Assembly (NCBI RefSeq): GCF_001194135.2
Contig: NC_068995.1
Span: 39,361,098 to 39,425,097, forward strand
Reading direction: 5' to 3'
DNA length: 64,000 nucleotides
DNA from: Octopus bimaculoides
Lineage: Eukaryota
Shown here: positions 26,963 to 40,826 of the stretch, in pieces
Layout of the letters: each line of letters starts with the position of its first letter
Numbering within the stretch: position 1 is the stretch's first letter
The notes under the pieces: model-generated
What the model saw: only the letters and a program-made list of their open reading frames with translations
What the model was told of the DNA's origin: nothing
Databases searched by the model: none
Program-made: the position numbers and the translations under genes

Positions 26963-27149
26963 CATGTATGTATATATTGTACTGATCCGTGATAGAAAAT
27001 TCAACAAAAAAATTCTCCAACTGGTGAGAGATATTATTTTAAGTTCACAATACATCTATTAAAGCGTTACTAATAGCATCATATCATAACGAACTAAAGA
27101 AATAGACGAAACGCGAAAAACTGAGAAGGCAGCATTTAGAAAATGCAGC

Positions 27150-27520
27150 TGCTTGTGTGGCATGTTCGCAAGCATATGGTCTTCCAGTAGTCACCCTCTT
27201 GACCCAGGTCAGCACTAACTACTCCAGGCACTTGATGTAGGTCACTGTGTTGAGTTTGGGGCAGTATGAGAAGATGAATAGAGGCCTAAATCCAAACATC
27301 ATAATGTTGACTGGATGTTTTATTTCTATCACTCTCGGTACACGTCCTCAGATTACACTGTCTTCAGATGGACACCCAAATAATCTTAAATGCTCGTATT
27401 GGAACATCGGGCGCGAAGGCCAAGCAGTACAGCACGTCGTTTGCAAATTGTGAATTGCGTCATGGTGCTGATTTTCTCACAGACGGTGCCCAAATTTCCC
27501 TGCTATACTGTGTAGTTGAC
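27150..27520 (-). mobile_element. Deleted Tc1/mariner-superfamily (maT/DD37D-like) transposase relic
   Basis: ATG at 27463: MTQFTICKRRAVLLGLRARCSNTSI*DYLGVHLKTV*, then a deletion to VPRVIEIKHPVNIMMFG..LNTVTYIKCLE*LVLTWVKRVTTGRPY. Subfamily call is from recall. Confidence 0.65.
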
Positions 27521-27592
27521 AAAATATAAAAAAAAGCAATGCGCATACGCGAAATTAAAAATATAAGATTGTGACAATTTACTCATCGCACG

Positions 27593-27683
<91 letters not shown>

Positions 27684-27780
27684 CTCTATTGCCCACAAGA
27701 GTCTACACAGAGAGGGAACAAACAAGGACAGACAAACGGATTAATTCGATTATATCGTCCCCAGTGCGTAACTGGTACTC

Positions 27781-27819
<39 letters not shown>

Positions 27820-29130
27820 GTGCGTTTGTAAGTGTGTGTGTAAGTGTGTGTGCGTGCGTGTTAGTGACAACTTCACAATGGAAAGGGATTTTTTAAACTG
27901 GCTCCTGAAAGTGTATTTGTCGTTTAGTCAACAGACCGAGAAACTAGATAATTTTGTCAGATTCATAAGCGCAGGTGTGGTTGTATGTTTAAGAAGCCGC
28001 TTTCCAAGCATGTTATATTGGGTTCTGCCTCATCGCATGGGATGACCAAAGTCTTGGGAAATGATTTCGTAGGCGAAAACAGAAAGTCATATTTCAAGGG
28101 AATATTGCGAAAATAACTTAATCTTTCATTCATATCGCTCTGGATATAACATTTCAGTAGACCATAAATATGATCGTGCGGCGATAATGCAATTTTACTG
28201 TACACCAATATATGCAATTAAGTAACAATTGTTTCGGTGTGCCCCAAATCCGTATATTTGATTGGCGTATGCTTGTATGTAACAAGTACATGTATATTTG
28301 TTTCTCTGACGTGATATTGAGATTGAGATAACAGCTAGTATAATTGTTTGAAGAACCGCAGAGGAATCTTTTCCGGAAGTAAGAACTGGAATGGTGTTTT
28401 TCATGTCATTATTAAACGCATATCTCTTAGGATTGCAAAGTAACGAAAGATTAGTTCTTAAATTACCATCACATTTACAGGAATGACGAAGCTGTGAATG
28501 GTCTACGATAGCTAGTTATAAGGAAACGTCTACGTCAATGGCCCTGAGGGGTCCGTATGATCCTTGGAGGTAATATAAGAGTTTGCTGTTAAAATTTATG
28601 CGCTATAAAGTGGTTCTATTTCTACGATACACATAATATCTCAACATATTTTTATACAGTTCCCAATAATGTTTAATCATAAAAATATCATAGGAGTTTT
28701 TAGACACCAAATGGCTGTGAGGTCCCCACCTCTGGGCAAAACAAGAATCAAAGGGGTCTATAGATAACAAAAAAAAAGTAGTTTGTACGTGGTAACTGCG
28801 CGTGCTAGAAATAGCAAACAAATTTCAGATTCTAACGTCTAACGCAATGTAGCCCTTGATAAACTGTGTCTGAGAACGACGGGTTAGGATGGTCACAACT
28901 GATAAGATTTTGATTATGGGTTGCTAAATCAAGAATGACCAGTGGCTAAACAACAACAACACTAACAGTAGCACAAATAAGAGAAAAAAATGTAACAGAT
29001 AAAAAAATGTATTTAGTGCACCCTTGAAATGATTCTCTCCCTTTAATGGTAAATTCATCAGAAGCAGATAGATAGATGTATTTCCCCTCTTTCTCTCTCC
29101 TGTTTTTTCTCTCTCTCTTACTCACTTTCC

Positions 29131-29219
<89 letters not shown>

Positions 29220-29881
29220 TCTTTCTCTCCCCTTTCCTCTCATTCTATGCATCTGTTACAATACCTTGTGGATTATTCTAAAAATATATTCGTTACTTAT
29301 CTTTGACGTAAGCTGACACCTGAAATCATTCATTTAAAAATTAATAAAAAAAAAAGCAAGAAAATAAGCCGGCATTGATTTTCTTTTTCTTTCACATGTT
29401 GATAAGAACGTTACATAGCAGGAATTCCGAGGTCGTCCACTTTTATATCATATTTTAATTAAATATCACACTGATTATTCAACGTGCGCCTTTTACATAT
29501 ATTTTCATTTTCTTTTCTCCAATTGAAATAACAGTGCATGCATTCATTCGAGTTTGCTTGTAGTTATCTATAAATTACACTATAGGAAAAATATACCCTG
29601 TTGACATTTCTAGTAGAGTGGATAAGATTAGTGGTATTGTTTCGATAAAATTACTGCATTCAGTATTGAATATTTGAGTTAAGGTTTAGCTACGCTAACC
29701 TACCGAATTCTAAGATATATATATGTTTGTGTGTGTATGTTTGTGTGTGTGTGTGTTTGTGCGTATGTGTGTGTATGTGTGTTTGTGTGTGTTAGTGTGT
29801 GTGTGTGTGTGTGTATAAACAAATTAACAGAATGAGATGAAAATCCAAGGTTGTGAAAGATTTCAGAACATTTATAAATAG

Positions 29882-29929
29882 GTCTTACAGCGGTTTCTGG
29901 GATATTTTATATATCCCTTCATCGGAGAC
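29882..29929 (-). ncRNA. Variant type I hammerhead ribozyme motif (U4C), probably from a Penelope-like terminal repeat
   Basis: GUCU-CCGAUGA-A-GGGAUAU(auaaa)AUAUCCC-A-GAAAC-cgcu-GUA-AGAC: 4-bp stem I and 7-bp stem II, but U4C and an A-A mismatch at 10.1/11.1. Confidence 0.5.
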
Positions 29930-30322
29930 GGTGTGAGAAAAAGGTTAAGCAATAGTTATTCTTGATAACATATGAAATAGAGAGTGAAGTGGAGGAATGA
30001 AAGTAGACGTGAGATATGCAGGGATATTGTATCTGTAATTCCATTTTTTAGGCAGAATGGTATATATAAAAGATTCCTGTACCTTGTGAGTAAGTTCCAA
30101 TAGTATTTAAAATTGATCATTCCAAGCATAGAGTTTGTAATCCCCGAACCTGGAGCTTAAATATAGTCTGACTATAGCACTTACTCAACATTACCTGACA
30201 CCTTTGAGTCTTATTGACACCATTGCATCTCATAACATATATATATGTATCTATGTATGCATATATATATATATATCGCTTGTAGAGATACATAAATCTA
30301 AGATGTAGACTAGTTAATATTA

Positions 30323-30550
30323 TAGTGGAGTAGATCGGTTTATGGGATTACTCTGGGTTTCTCGATCATAAAGGGTTTAGCCTTACAGCGTATCTTCAGG
30401 CACCAAACACTGCTGGTCTGTGACCTCTTTAAAAGATATTCTAAAGAGGTCTCAAGCCAGCAGTGTTAAGAGTCTGAAAATACGCCGTAAGGCTAAACCC
30501 CTTATGAGCGGGAAACTCAGGGTAACCCCATAAACTGGCCTACCCCACTG
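30323..30550. mobile_element. Palindromic fold-back MITE (228 bp)
   Basis: Arms 30318-30431 and 30442-30555 are reverse complements (about 20 mismatches in 114 nt), 10-nt loop; ends (C/T)AGTGG..CCACTG flanked by TA. Confidence 0.8.
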
Positions 30551-30601
30551 TAATACACACACACACACACATATATATATATTTATATTTAGACATATAT
30601 A

Positions 30602-30680
<79 letters not shown>

Positions 30681-30702
30681 GTATGTGTGTTTGTATAGAT
30701 AA

Positions 30703-30748
<46 letters not shown>

Positions 30749-30777
30749 CGATGGATGGATCGATGGATGGATCGATG

Positions 30778-30828
<51 letters not shown>

Positions 30829-30904
30829 GTAAACACACACACACACAAGGCTTACACCACTCACAAACACCACACACACATATAGAGAGATAATATTTTA
30901 TCTT

Positions 30905-31075
30905 TTCCGTTTGTCAGTCATTGGACTGCGTTCTTACAAATTGCTCCCAGGCCACTTTTTAAAGACTAGCAGTTATTCTGATCGTATTTCTGCTGGACTG
31001 ATATGTTATGGGGAGATAAGCAAACTAACACGCTGCAAAGCGGAGGTATGCTGCGGACAAATACAAAGACACATA
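30905..31075 (-). mobile_element. SINE family A 3' half, diverged
   Basis: GTCAGTCATTGGACTGCG..GGACAAATACAAAGACAC. Confidence 0.6.
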
Positions 31076-31274
31076 CATGCAACTTGCTGGTACGCGGCCG
31101 CGCTCTGTCAAATTCTTGCCCAACTTGCCTAAGGCGCTACGAATGATGATTGGACCCGGCCACTGGTTGCAAATCAAACTGCTTGACCACACAGCCATAT
31201 TCGCACCGCGAACACATGCATATATATGGATAGATAGATCCATACACCTACACACCGACACATGTATATTCTTT

Positions 31275-31460
31275 CAAGTATAGGCACAAGGACAGAGAAT
31301 TAGTCGATTGCATCTATCCCTTTCTTCAACTGGAATTTATTTTATCGACCACGTAAGAATGAAAGGCAAAGCCCGCCTAGATTTGATTTGAACTGAGAAT
31401 GTAATGACTCCAAATACAATCGCAAAGCCTTTTTTCCGACGATTCTGCCAGCTCACCTCT
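31275..31460 (-). mobile_element. SINE family B copy
   Basis: TAGGCACAAGG..ATGAAAGGCAAAG..GATTCTGCCAGCTCACC. Confidence 0.7.
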
Positions 31461-31699
31461 TTCACTACCTCAATGAAGAGATCACAAACTACTTTATCCC
31501 GCAAGATATTCTAACTTTCCGTAACGACACCGATTCTAAGCTCACTTTCACACACGCGCGCGCGCACGAACACAACCAAGGTGTCAACAGAAAGATAATC
31601 CGATTAAATTGCAAGTAATCGGTAATCGATAGGTTACAGTTACAAATGCATCAGCGTGTTATGGCCGCCTTCCCTCTTTTTCTCTCTCTCTTTGCTCTC

Positions 31700-31755
<56 letters not shown>

Positions 31756-33517
31756 ACTTAACTCTCCCCCTCTCTCTCCCTCTCCCTCACTTTCTCTCTC
31801 TGTGTCTCTCTTCTACTACTCCTACTGCAATGGTTCAGTGTCCTTTGCGTTTGCCACCATACTCTACCAGCTGAAACTTCTATGAGCACAACTATACAAG
31901 TGTTCATCCCTAATTATTTTTCATCATAACTTTCAGAAAAATGGATGTTTTATATAATTTTCTACAAGTAACTTTCAGATGCTGCAGTTTAAAATTACAT
32001 TGAGAATTAAAGTGGAAAAAATAATTGGTAGGCGTGCACACATACACACTTACACATATCTGTAAAATTTCAAATTTCATTTTGTATATATATATATACA
32101 TATACATACAAGGAGGGCGGTCATAGCTCAGAAACATATTCTTTTAGTCTTGAGATGCAATGCAATGAGATTGAACTAGAAACCCCGTGGTTGCAAAGCG
32201 AGCTCGTTAGCCCTAACCACAGTATCTGCTCCTTAGGGAAAATAGTCTAATATTTGGCCACAAATCTTTCAGAATAAGGTCAGAAAGTATTGCATGAGAT
32301 ATTCCTTCACTCAAGCCGATCGTTTTTGTGGTTTGGCCTACAACAAAATAATAATGACAGTGACCAAAGGCTTTCCTGCTATGATTCTCTTCCATTATTT
32401 ATTTCGAAGTATTATACACAAAATTATATTATTCAAGGTCACATTCACTTTCTGCACCGACAATAGATGATTGAAAGATGTAACAGTCATTTCTCACTGG
32501 CTGAATGATTGAATCTGTAAAGCCTCTTTCATTGGCTCTTCTGCAGAAACAGAATGAGGGTCACATCAATGCGCTATGCTTTCATATAATTGCAAGGTTA
32601 TTGTCAAATTTTTAAATAACAGGCTTTAACCTCAGAAATGTAGTTTTAGATTCCAGCGAACAGAAGGGTTACTGCTCACAGTTGTTAAAAAGCTATTAAA
32701 TACTTCTAACTCAAATTAATTCTGACAATGATTGCTCGGGGGATATATATTTTATGGCAATGAACGCATATGAAATTTGTTTATATAGTATTATTGCATT
32801 CTAATTTTGATTGGCTGTTACAATTTTAGCCAATAAGTATTTTATATTATTATTGCAAGAGAATTTCAGTTACACACTGTGTGTGTGTATGCACGCGTGC
32901 GTATATGTGTGCATGTGTATGTGCGCATATTTGTGTTATAGTACTGGTCATGAGTTCGGATACGTTGGTATGCGTGCGCGTGCATGTGCGCGTAAGTGTA
33001 TGCCTGTGTGCTTGTGTATGCTTCTGTGTTTGTGTGTGTGTGTTTGTGTGCGTGTGTATGCTTCTATGTGTGTGTGTGTGTGTGTGTGGGTGGGTGGGTA
33101 TGTGCATATATGGACATGTGTTGTGCGTATGTGCATGTGTGGATACGTGTGTGTGCACGTCATAAAGTCAATTGGTACAGGCGCTAGCATATCTGATTCA
33201 TTGAATTACGGTATGTATTTGCCCCGGTTCTCACCGCTCTAAACTCGAATACTATCGTAGTATAAACTTGGTTTTACGAATCTCGGTTTCTCTTCTTGTG
33301 GGTATTTGAATACAGCAAGAACCCAGTACTGGATCAACGTTTTCTCTCTTCCTGCCTAATTCTATCTATCACTTTCTCACCCCCTCCTCTCTATCTCTCT
33401 CTCTCTCTCTCACTCTCCCCTTGAGTCAAATATCAGCTTTGATCAGAGATAGAAACGAATTAGCCGCGCCAGATTCAGACGATTAAAACACCCCATATGT
33501 AATAGCAGCGTCCCTAC

Positions 33518-33548
<31 letters not shown>

Positions 33549-33703
33549 ACACTCTCTCTCACACACACACATACTCACATACACAAACACAAACACAAAC
33601 ACAAACACACACACATACACACACACAAACACACATACATACACACACACACAATCACACACACAAACACACACACACACACACACGCATATATCTATAT
33701 CTA

Positions 33704-33787
<84 letters not shown>

Positions 33788-34249
33788 GTATATATAATGT
33801 ATGAATGTCCGGAGTGTGTATGTAAATGTAAGCATGCATGTGTGTGTAAGTATGTAAAAGTCGCTAAAAGTTGTTTGTCGGAAGATTAAAATATATTTGG
33901 TTATCAGTATCAAACATCATCAAAATATCAGATATCGCTGATGGATATTATTCTGAGTGATAGAGTATTCTCAGATATTAACCGCAGTCGATAACTCTAC
34001 ATAAAATCTTGTCATCAATCATTAGGCTGAAACTGAATATCTTCGGTGATGGCTGTGTTTGTTAATGCACGCGCGTACAATGAGTACACTCTTACAAACT
34101 CTAACATCTAAAAACTCACATTGCCATACCTAAACACTCGCATAGACAAGCACAAAGAATGTATGCATTTGTGGATGCTTAGCTATGCGTACTTATAGTG
34201 TGTCTCTATCCGTGTACATTTCTGTTTGAATGCATATACACATTATACG

Positions 34250-34370
34250 CAGGTTTCACTGTGTGGTGAGAAGTTCGCTTTTAAACCATGAGTTTTGAGA
34301 CGAGAGTATTTAATATAGTCCGGGGCGAACCAAATGGATTTGGTAAACAGAAGCTGAAATACGCCCTTAG

Positions 34371-34433
<63 letters not shown>

Positions 34434-35558
34434 NNNNNNNNNNNNNNNNNNNNNNNNNNNNNNNNNNNNNNNNNNNNNNNNNNNNNNNNNNNNNNNNNNN
34501 NNNNNNNNNNNNNNNNNNNNNNNNNNNNNNNNNNNNNNNNNNNNNNNNNNNNNNNNNNNNNNNNNNNNNNNNNNNNNNNNNNNNNNNNNNNNNNNNNNNN
34601 NNNNNNNNNNNNNNNNNNNNNNNNNNNNNNNNNNNNNNNNNNNNNNNNNNNNNNNNNNNNNNNNNNNNNNNNNNNNNNNNNNNNNNNNNNNNNNNNNNNN
34701 NNNNNNNNNNNNNNNNNNNNNNNNNNNNNNNNNNNNNNNNNNNNNNNNNNNNNNNNNNNNNNNNNNNNNNNNNNNNNNNNNNNNNNNNNNNNNNNNNNNN
34801 NNNNNNNNNNNNNNNNNNNNNNNNNNNNNNNNNNNNNNNNNNNNNNNNNNNNNNNNNNNNNNNNNNNNNNNNNNNNNNNNNNNNNNNNNNNNNNNNNNNN
34901 NNNNNNNNNNNNNNNNNNNNNNNNNNNNNNNNNNNNNNNNNNNNNNNNNNNNNNNNNNNNNNNNNNNNNNNNNNNNNNNNNNNNNNNNNNNNNNNNNNNN
35001 NNNNNNNNNNNNNNNNNNNNNNNNNNNNNNNNNNNNNNNNNNNNNNNNNNNNNNNNNNNNNNNNNNNNNNNNNNNNNNNNNNNNNNNNNNNNNNNNNNNN
35101 NNNNNNNNNNNNNNNNNNNNNNNNNNNNNNNNNNNNNNNNNNNNNNNNNNNNNNNNNNNNNNNNNNNNNNNNNNNNNNNNNNNNNNNNNNNNNNNNNNNN
35201 NNNNNNNNNNNNNNNNNNNNNNNNNNNNNNNNNNNNNNNNNNNNNNNNNNNNNNNNNNNNNNNNNNNNNNNNNNNNNNNNNNNNNNNNNNNNNNNNNNNN
35301 NNNNNNNNNNNNNNNNNNNNNNNNNNNNNNNNNNNNNNNNNNNNNNNNNNNNNNNNNNNNNNNNNNNNNNNNNNNNNNNNNNNNNNNNNNNNNNNNNNNN
35401 NNNNNNNNNNNNNNNNNNNNNNNNNNNNNNNNTATATATATATATATATATATATTCGACGGTCTTCTTTAAGTTTCCGTCTACCAAATCCACTCACAAG
35501 AGTTTGGTTGGCCCATGTGGTTGGGAAGCAGACTTCTTACCACACAGCCACGCCTGTG
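34250..35558. mobile_element. Two inward-facing SINE family A 5' halves (34250-34372 +, 35456-35558 -) around a 1-kb gap
   Basis: GGATTTGGTAAACAGAAGCTGAAA on the left and TTTCCGTCTACCAAATCCACTCACAA on the right; N-run 34434-35431. Confidence 0.65.
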
Positions 35559-36285
35559 CCTATATATTGGTATATAAATATTACATATGATCCAGTTGTT
35601 TAGCTTGCACATCTGCAGTTGAGTAGCTTTCAGAGTATTGCTGAATCATCAATATGTTTTATACGCATTTTCTACTTTTAGCATTCCCTTGATAAAGAGA
35701 AACACGAAGATTGAAATACACACAAGACATAAAAAAATACTAAAATAAATAAATGAAAAAAAAAAAAAAAAATTGTAAATTATCAGCTAAATAGGCCAAA
35801 ATTAATAATTTATTTATGACTCGTTAAGTAACTCTGATGGGAACCAAAGGCAGCTATAATTATGAGTAGAACGGCAGACAAGTTATTATCCCACTAGGGC
35901 AATAAGTTGACCACGCATCCTAAGTCTATCACTTACAGACAAAAGAGAAGGAATCCTTCTAGTTTCCATTTTGGCTGTTATTTATGGTGTTATTCCATTT
36001 TTATGAACGGTAAGACATGTCTATGTTTAAAAAGGGACAAAATAAGGGTTTTTTTCTTAAATTAAGATTTTATATATTGATAAGTTTTGTCATTGATTGA
36101 TTTTGGTCTATTTATCTTCTAATTCACATTTTTGGTTTTTATTTCCTTTACTTTATAAATTACTTTTTATGACTTCTGTGTATTCTTATTCTACGTGTTG
36201 CTCTTTGTTTAGTGAATGGTAAAAATAGAAAACTCGTCCAAAACGATGGGAAACTATAGGTGATTCAGTAGCGTTCTGAAAGCCA

Positions 36286-36343
<58 letters not shown>

Positions 36344-36451
36344 GCTCTCTCTCTAGCTCTCTCTCTCTCTCACTCTCTCTCTCCCTCTCTGTTACTGTCT
36401 CTTTGTCTTTCTCTTTCTGCCCACCCTCTTCTTATGGGATGATCCAATATT

Positions 36452-36495
<44 letters not shown>

Positions 36496-36823
36496 ATTGA
36501 AATTTTTTATTTCGAAATGCATATACTACACAAAATAACACAGGTACAACAAGGATGTTTGGAATGATGATAGCACTGAGCTTCTCATAATCCGGAATAC
36601 TTTCCGAGCAAGATCTTGAAATTTCTACGGCCGTCACACTAGTTGAAAGGCACTTTCTCATTCATAAATTATATAATTTAATTATTTAAGTAAATTTGAA
36701 ATTTGTCTAATTCAGAATTTTGTTAACGAAGGTGACAACCTCTGATTAGTAAAAGTCAGTAATCTGGTAATTCTTTGGAACAAAAGATTCCGCAAAATCG
36801 ATTCTGTACTTATATAATAGCAT

Positions 36824-36858
36824 TAATAATAATGATAATAACAATAATAATAATAATG

Positions 36859-36919
<61 letters not shown>

Positions 36920-36935
36920 CAACAACAACAACAAC

Positions 36936-37003
<68 letters not shown>

Positions 37004-37005
37004 TA
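36824..37005. repeat. (AAT)n microsatellite with an (AAC)n interruption
   Basis: Directly visible; generates the poly-I and poly-L ORF artefacts. Confidence 0.95.
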
Positions 37006-37014
37006 ATGGTTTTA

Positions 37015-37445
37015 AATTTTGGCACATGCTCAACATTTTCATGTAAGGGGAAAAGTCGATTACATCGACCCCAGTGCTCAACTGGTACTAGATTATCGAC
37101 TCCAGTATTATTCAACTGGTATTTATTTTATCGACCCCGAAACAGATGAAAAGCAAAGTCGACCTTAGCTGAATGTGAAGGTAAAAACGGACTAAATGCT
37201 GCTAAGCATCTTGCCCAAGCGCATTAAGGATTCTGCCAGCTCACCGCCTTAAAAAACAAAAATAATAATGGATTCAAATCTTGCCACAAGGGCAGCCATT
37301 TTGGGTGAGGAGATGAGCCAATTACATTGTATCCAGTGTTTCACTGGTAATTAATTTATCGACCCCGAACTCAGAACATAGCGACAGGCGAAATACCGCT
37401 AAGCATTTCGTCCAGCGTGCTAGAGATTCTGCCAGCTCGCCGTTT
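37015..37445 (-). mobile_element. Two tandem SINE family B copies in an (AAT)n-rich context
   Basis: ~37015-37252 and ~37275-37445, each ending GATTCTGCCAGCTCRCCG. Confidence 0.8.
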
Positions 37446-37574
37446 TAATAATAATTATAATAATAATAATAATAATAAATGTGTTTACTGGTTGCACTCG
37501 CTTGTTATCTTCGATTCTTAGTTTTATAAAGGTTGGGAAAATTTAATTTGAAGACAAATACAAATTAAACTTAC

Positions 37575-37727
37575 CTGAGATACATTAAAACGGAATGCTT
37601 CTTTGAAGTATGTCGGTTGTTCAATAATTAATAAATAAAATGTCCAACTACGACAAAAGTTAGCAACCATGATAGCGTAGACTGGTTTAGAAGTAAAGAA
37701 TTTCTTCCATGGCGTATTATGCGTGGT
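37575..37727 (-). CDS. VGLUT: VGLUT internal coding exon: [51 protein letters not shown]
   Basis: Within ORF 37524-37850; acceptor atacAG at 37729-37728, donor GTAAGT at 37574; 153 nt, phase 0 to 0; [25 protein letters not shown] motif. Confidence 0.97.
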
Positions 37728-38019
37728 CTGTATAGAGGAAATGAAGAAAAGAGATGAATTATAATCATTTATAAAGATGATGAAATCAGCATTCACACTA
37801 TAGTTATGTGTGATATATGCATATACGTACATACACTGACAAACACGCATACTTCGAAGTCACTGTCACACCACTTGTAATTGTACATATAAGAAAACAC
37901 AATTTGTTTCATATGCCGGTTACTGTGGTAGAGAGAAACTAAACCAGCAACCGGAGTGGGGGTGGGTGATTGTCAGAGACGCTTGAATATAGATGAACTG
38001 TAGCCAGAGAATTTGCTCT

Positions 38020-38632
38020 GAGTATTCTGTTCTTTGCAAAGCAATCAAATGACATCTAAGAAACGATTTCGAGAATTATAAACTGAAGAAATTGATGCAA
38101 GCTGCAAAGGAAACGTAAAGTTTAAGAAGATGCAAGAGAAGGTTGACACTTCAGAGGTGAGACGTAACAGTGGTTAAGAATGAGGATGGGCTCTCGGGGT
38201 TAAAGAAAGGGAAGATGAAAGAAGAATGCAAAAACGTCTACACTAACCTTCTTAAATCTTTAGGGAAACTCAATCCCACACGTTCACAAATGCTGGAAGT
38301 AGTCCCACTATTATGATCAATGAAATTGAAAACGCCCCTAAACTGATGAAAGGAGGCAAAGCTCCGATGAACGATGACGTTACAACAGAGATATTCAAAT
38401 GTAGAGGTGAAGATGAGTGGCAAATCTTCGTACCCTCAATGTAGAGGGAGTCAGATAATATCCTGCTTCAGAAGAAGGATAATGAAGCAGATTTAAACAA
38501 CTATCGCCTCATATGTCTCTCGTCACAGCTCTATAAGCTTTTCACAAAGATCATAGTTACCAGACTATCCAAACAACTCGACCACCGACAGCCGAAAGAG
38601 AAAGCAGGTTTTCATAAGAACTAGAGTATCTG
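38020..38632 (+). mobile_element. RTE-clade LINE reverse transcriptase fragment (decayed)
   Basis: Frameshifted translation: ..INEIENAPKLMKGGKAP..D.VTTEIFK.. and ..KKDNEADLNNYRLICLSSQLYKLFTKIIVTRLSKQLDHRQPKEKAGF. Confidence 0.8.
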
Positions 38633-38989
38633 GGAACTCTATATAACTGCTGTCATTCATAGAAAATCTATTGTTTTACTGTGAGAAAATTGCTGTTGAA
38701 GTGTTAAGCGAAATTTGGCATTCGAGGATCAAATCCACGCTATGCCTGCATGAAGCCACAACAAATACGGTGTGGAATAAAAAAAATGTATCTACTGTCA
38801 AGGAAAAAGTGTAACTGTAAAAATGCAGAATTATCAGAGTAATGGACATTCAAAAAAGTATGTATGTATAGAAATGTATGAAAGAAGTATTTAAGGTTTA
38901 AGATTCAAATTACAGAAGTGCAATAATAATGTTTAGCAGTTCAAAACTGTGAGTAGTGAAATGCAGAATTAGGTCGGCTGATTGTGAGA

Positions 38990-39520
38990 ATCAAATATTG
39001 ATCGCATCAGTAAAATGTGCAGGTGGTATGGGTTTTTTCCCTTGGGTTGTTCAAATAAAATATTAGTAATATGTAGTATATAGAATGATTCATTGAAAGG
39101 CCTAATTATCGATTTTTGTCAACGATCTAAGTATGTCACAAGATTTCCAGACATGAGTACTTCTCACGTGTCAAATAAAGTATAAAAGTGATATTGTCTG
39201 CAAAATTAGAAATAGGACACAAAAAAATCAATATTCAAAGTAATCGAACATAAACAATGAAATGAGTTATTTCCCTTGAGTATTTAAAAGAAATATTGTA
39301 AAGGTGCTATAGGTTTTTTCCCTTGGGTGTTTAAAAAAAATTAGTTATATGAGGTAGGTATAAAGGTCCCTTCCAGGGGTCGGATTATGGATTTTTCAAC
39401 AATCTAAGTATGTCACGAGGTTTCCAGACATGCGTTCTACTCAAGTATCAAGTTTCATCAAAATCAATAAAACGATGTAGGAGGAATTAACTAACAACGC
39501 CACAAACAAACACACACCAA
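38990..39520 (+). mobile_element. Possible Helentron/DINE-1-like non-autonomous element with an internal ~150-bp duplication
   Basis: Blocks at ~39022-39180 and ~39304-39450 are similar (spacing 282); ends in AAGTTTCATCAAAATC..GGAGGAATT..ACAAACAAACAC, resembling HINE/DINE-1 3' motifs. Confidence 0.4.
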
Positions 39521-39631
39521 TTTTCCACATATGTAGTGGATGTATAAAGACAGACAAAATTGAGAGAAATAGAGAGAGTGAGAGAGAAAAAAGAGAGAAA
39601 GCTAAAACAGAAATTCTATGATTTTACTTAC

Positions 39632-39762
39632 AATAGCAACTGCAGGTTCCCCTATGCTGGATTCTATATAATGTCGCTCTTCTTTTGTTATATGAGGGTG
39701 TGTTGATGGCCTTTCATGAGATAGCAGGTACCAACATATACCCCAAATTATACCCATCATAC
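39632..39762 (-). CDS. VGLUT: VGLUT internal coding exon: (G)MMGIIWGICWYLLSHERPSTHPHITKEERHYIESSIGEPAVAI
   Basis: Within ORF 39602-39991; acceptor ttttgtAG at 39764-39763, donor GTAAGT at 39631; 131 nt, phase 1 to 0; HP.I..EE..YIE.SIG motif of SLC17. Confidence 0.93.
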
Positions 39763-39893
39763 CTACAAAAATGTAATTGAGAATCAAGTATATGAATGAA
39801 TAAATATAAAGTGAGATAATTAGATTAGTCTTCAGAAAAGCAAACTGGCAGACATATACTGAACAATGTTTATAGACAAACAGGCACGTAAAA

Positions 39894-39983
<90 letters not shown>

Positions 39984-40826
39984 ACACACACAGACTCTCA
40001 CACACACACACGCACACACACACACACACGCGCACGCACACACTCACACACACACACACGCACACTCATGTATATATAAACACTAAAGTAAGGATTCAGA
40101 TCGAATCAGGTACTTGAAAAGATATGCATCAGGTAGAATTGGACAATCTCCGTGGTTCCAGCCTATGGTTGGTGAGTATCAAATAGGATATGTCGGTTGT
40201 GTACACAGAGAAAAACCGACCCTATGAGTATTTGGCGCCTAGGAGTTGGTCCAACTCACGTGTTACTTTGAATAGTACGTTGTTGGTATACTCTAGGGTA
40301 TCCGAGAAGTAAATTCCCTTGTTGTATTAAAATGAAATGAATAATAACATACGATGGATAATCGGCAACACATTACAACTGTTTCTTACGTAACTTTTTA
40401 AATAGAAGATTGAGAACATTACAGAAAAGCCTGTAGTCATCAGATGACAAGTAATTTTACAAACAAGAATTTTCCAAGAAAACCGCAGGAGTGTACCTGA
40501 AGCCTGTCCAGGTCAACTATGAAATGGGAGAATGATCAACTAAGTTGGCCGTTGCGGTCAACAATATAGTTTCTCAGCTTGTAGAAAAAAGATTTCAGAT
40601 GGCATATTTATACTTATGTTAGATGCTCTATTTATGTTTAAAGGTGTATTAAATATAATTTTTGTAATTAGTATTGTATGTGATTTTTCCTGATTTTTCT
40701 TATTCTCTTGTTTTGTAATGTGTTCTAGTTTTTCCCCAGAACAGCTTTCATAGAGACTTAGATAACTATTCTGCAACTTGGTTATTTATTTTTCTCGGAA
40801 AATCTCCTACTACTATTTGTATTACT

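Noticed and set aside
30385-30500. Hammerhead reading of the fold-back MITE arms (CTGAAGA..GCCGTAAGGC-TAAAC)
   Set aside because: G12 is replaced by T, extra bases lie between core and stem II, and there is no stem I or III.
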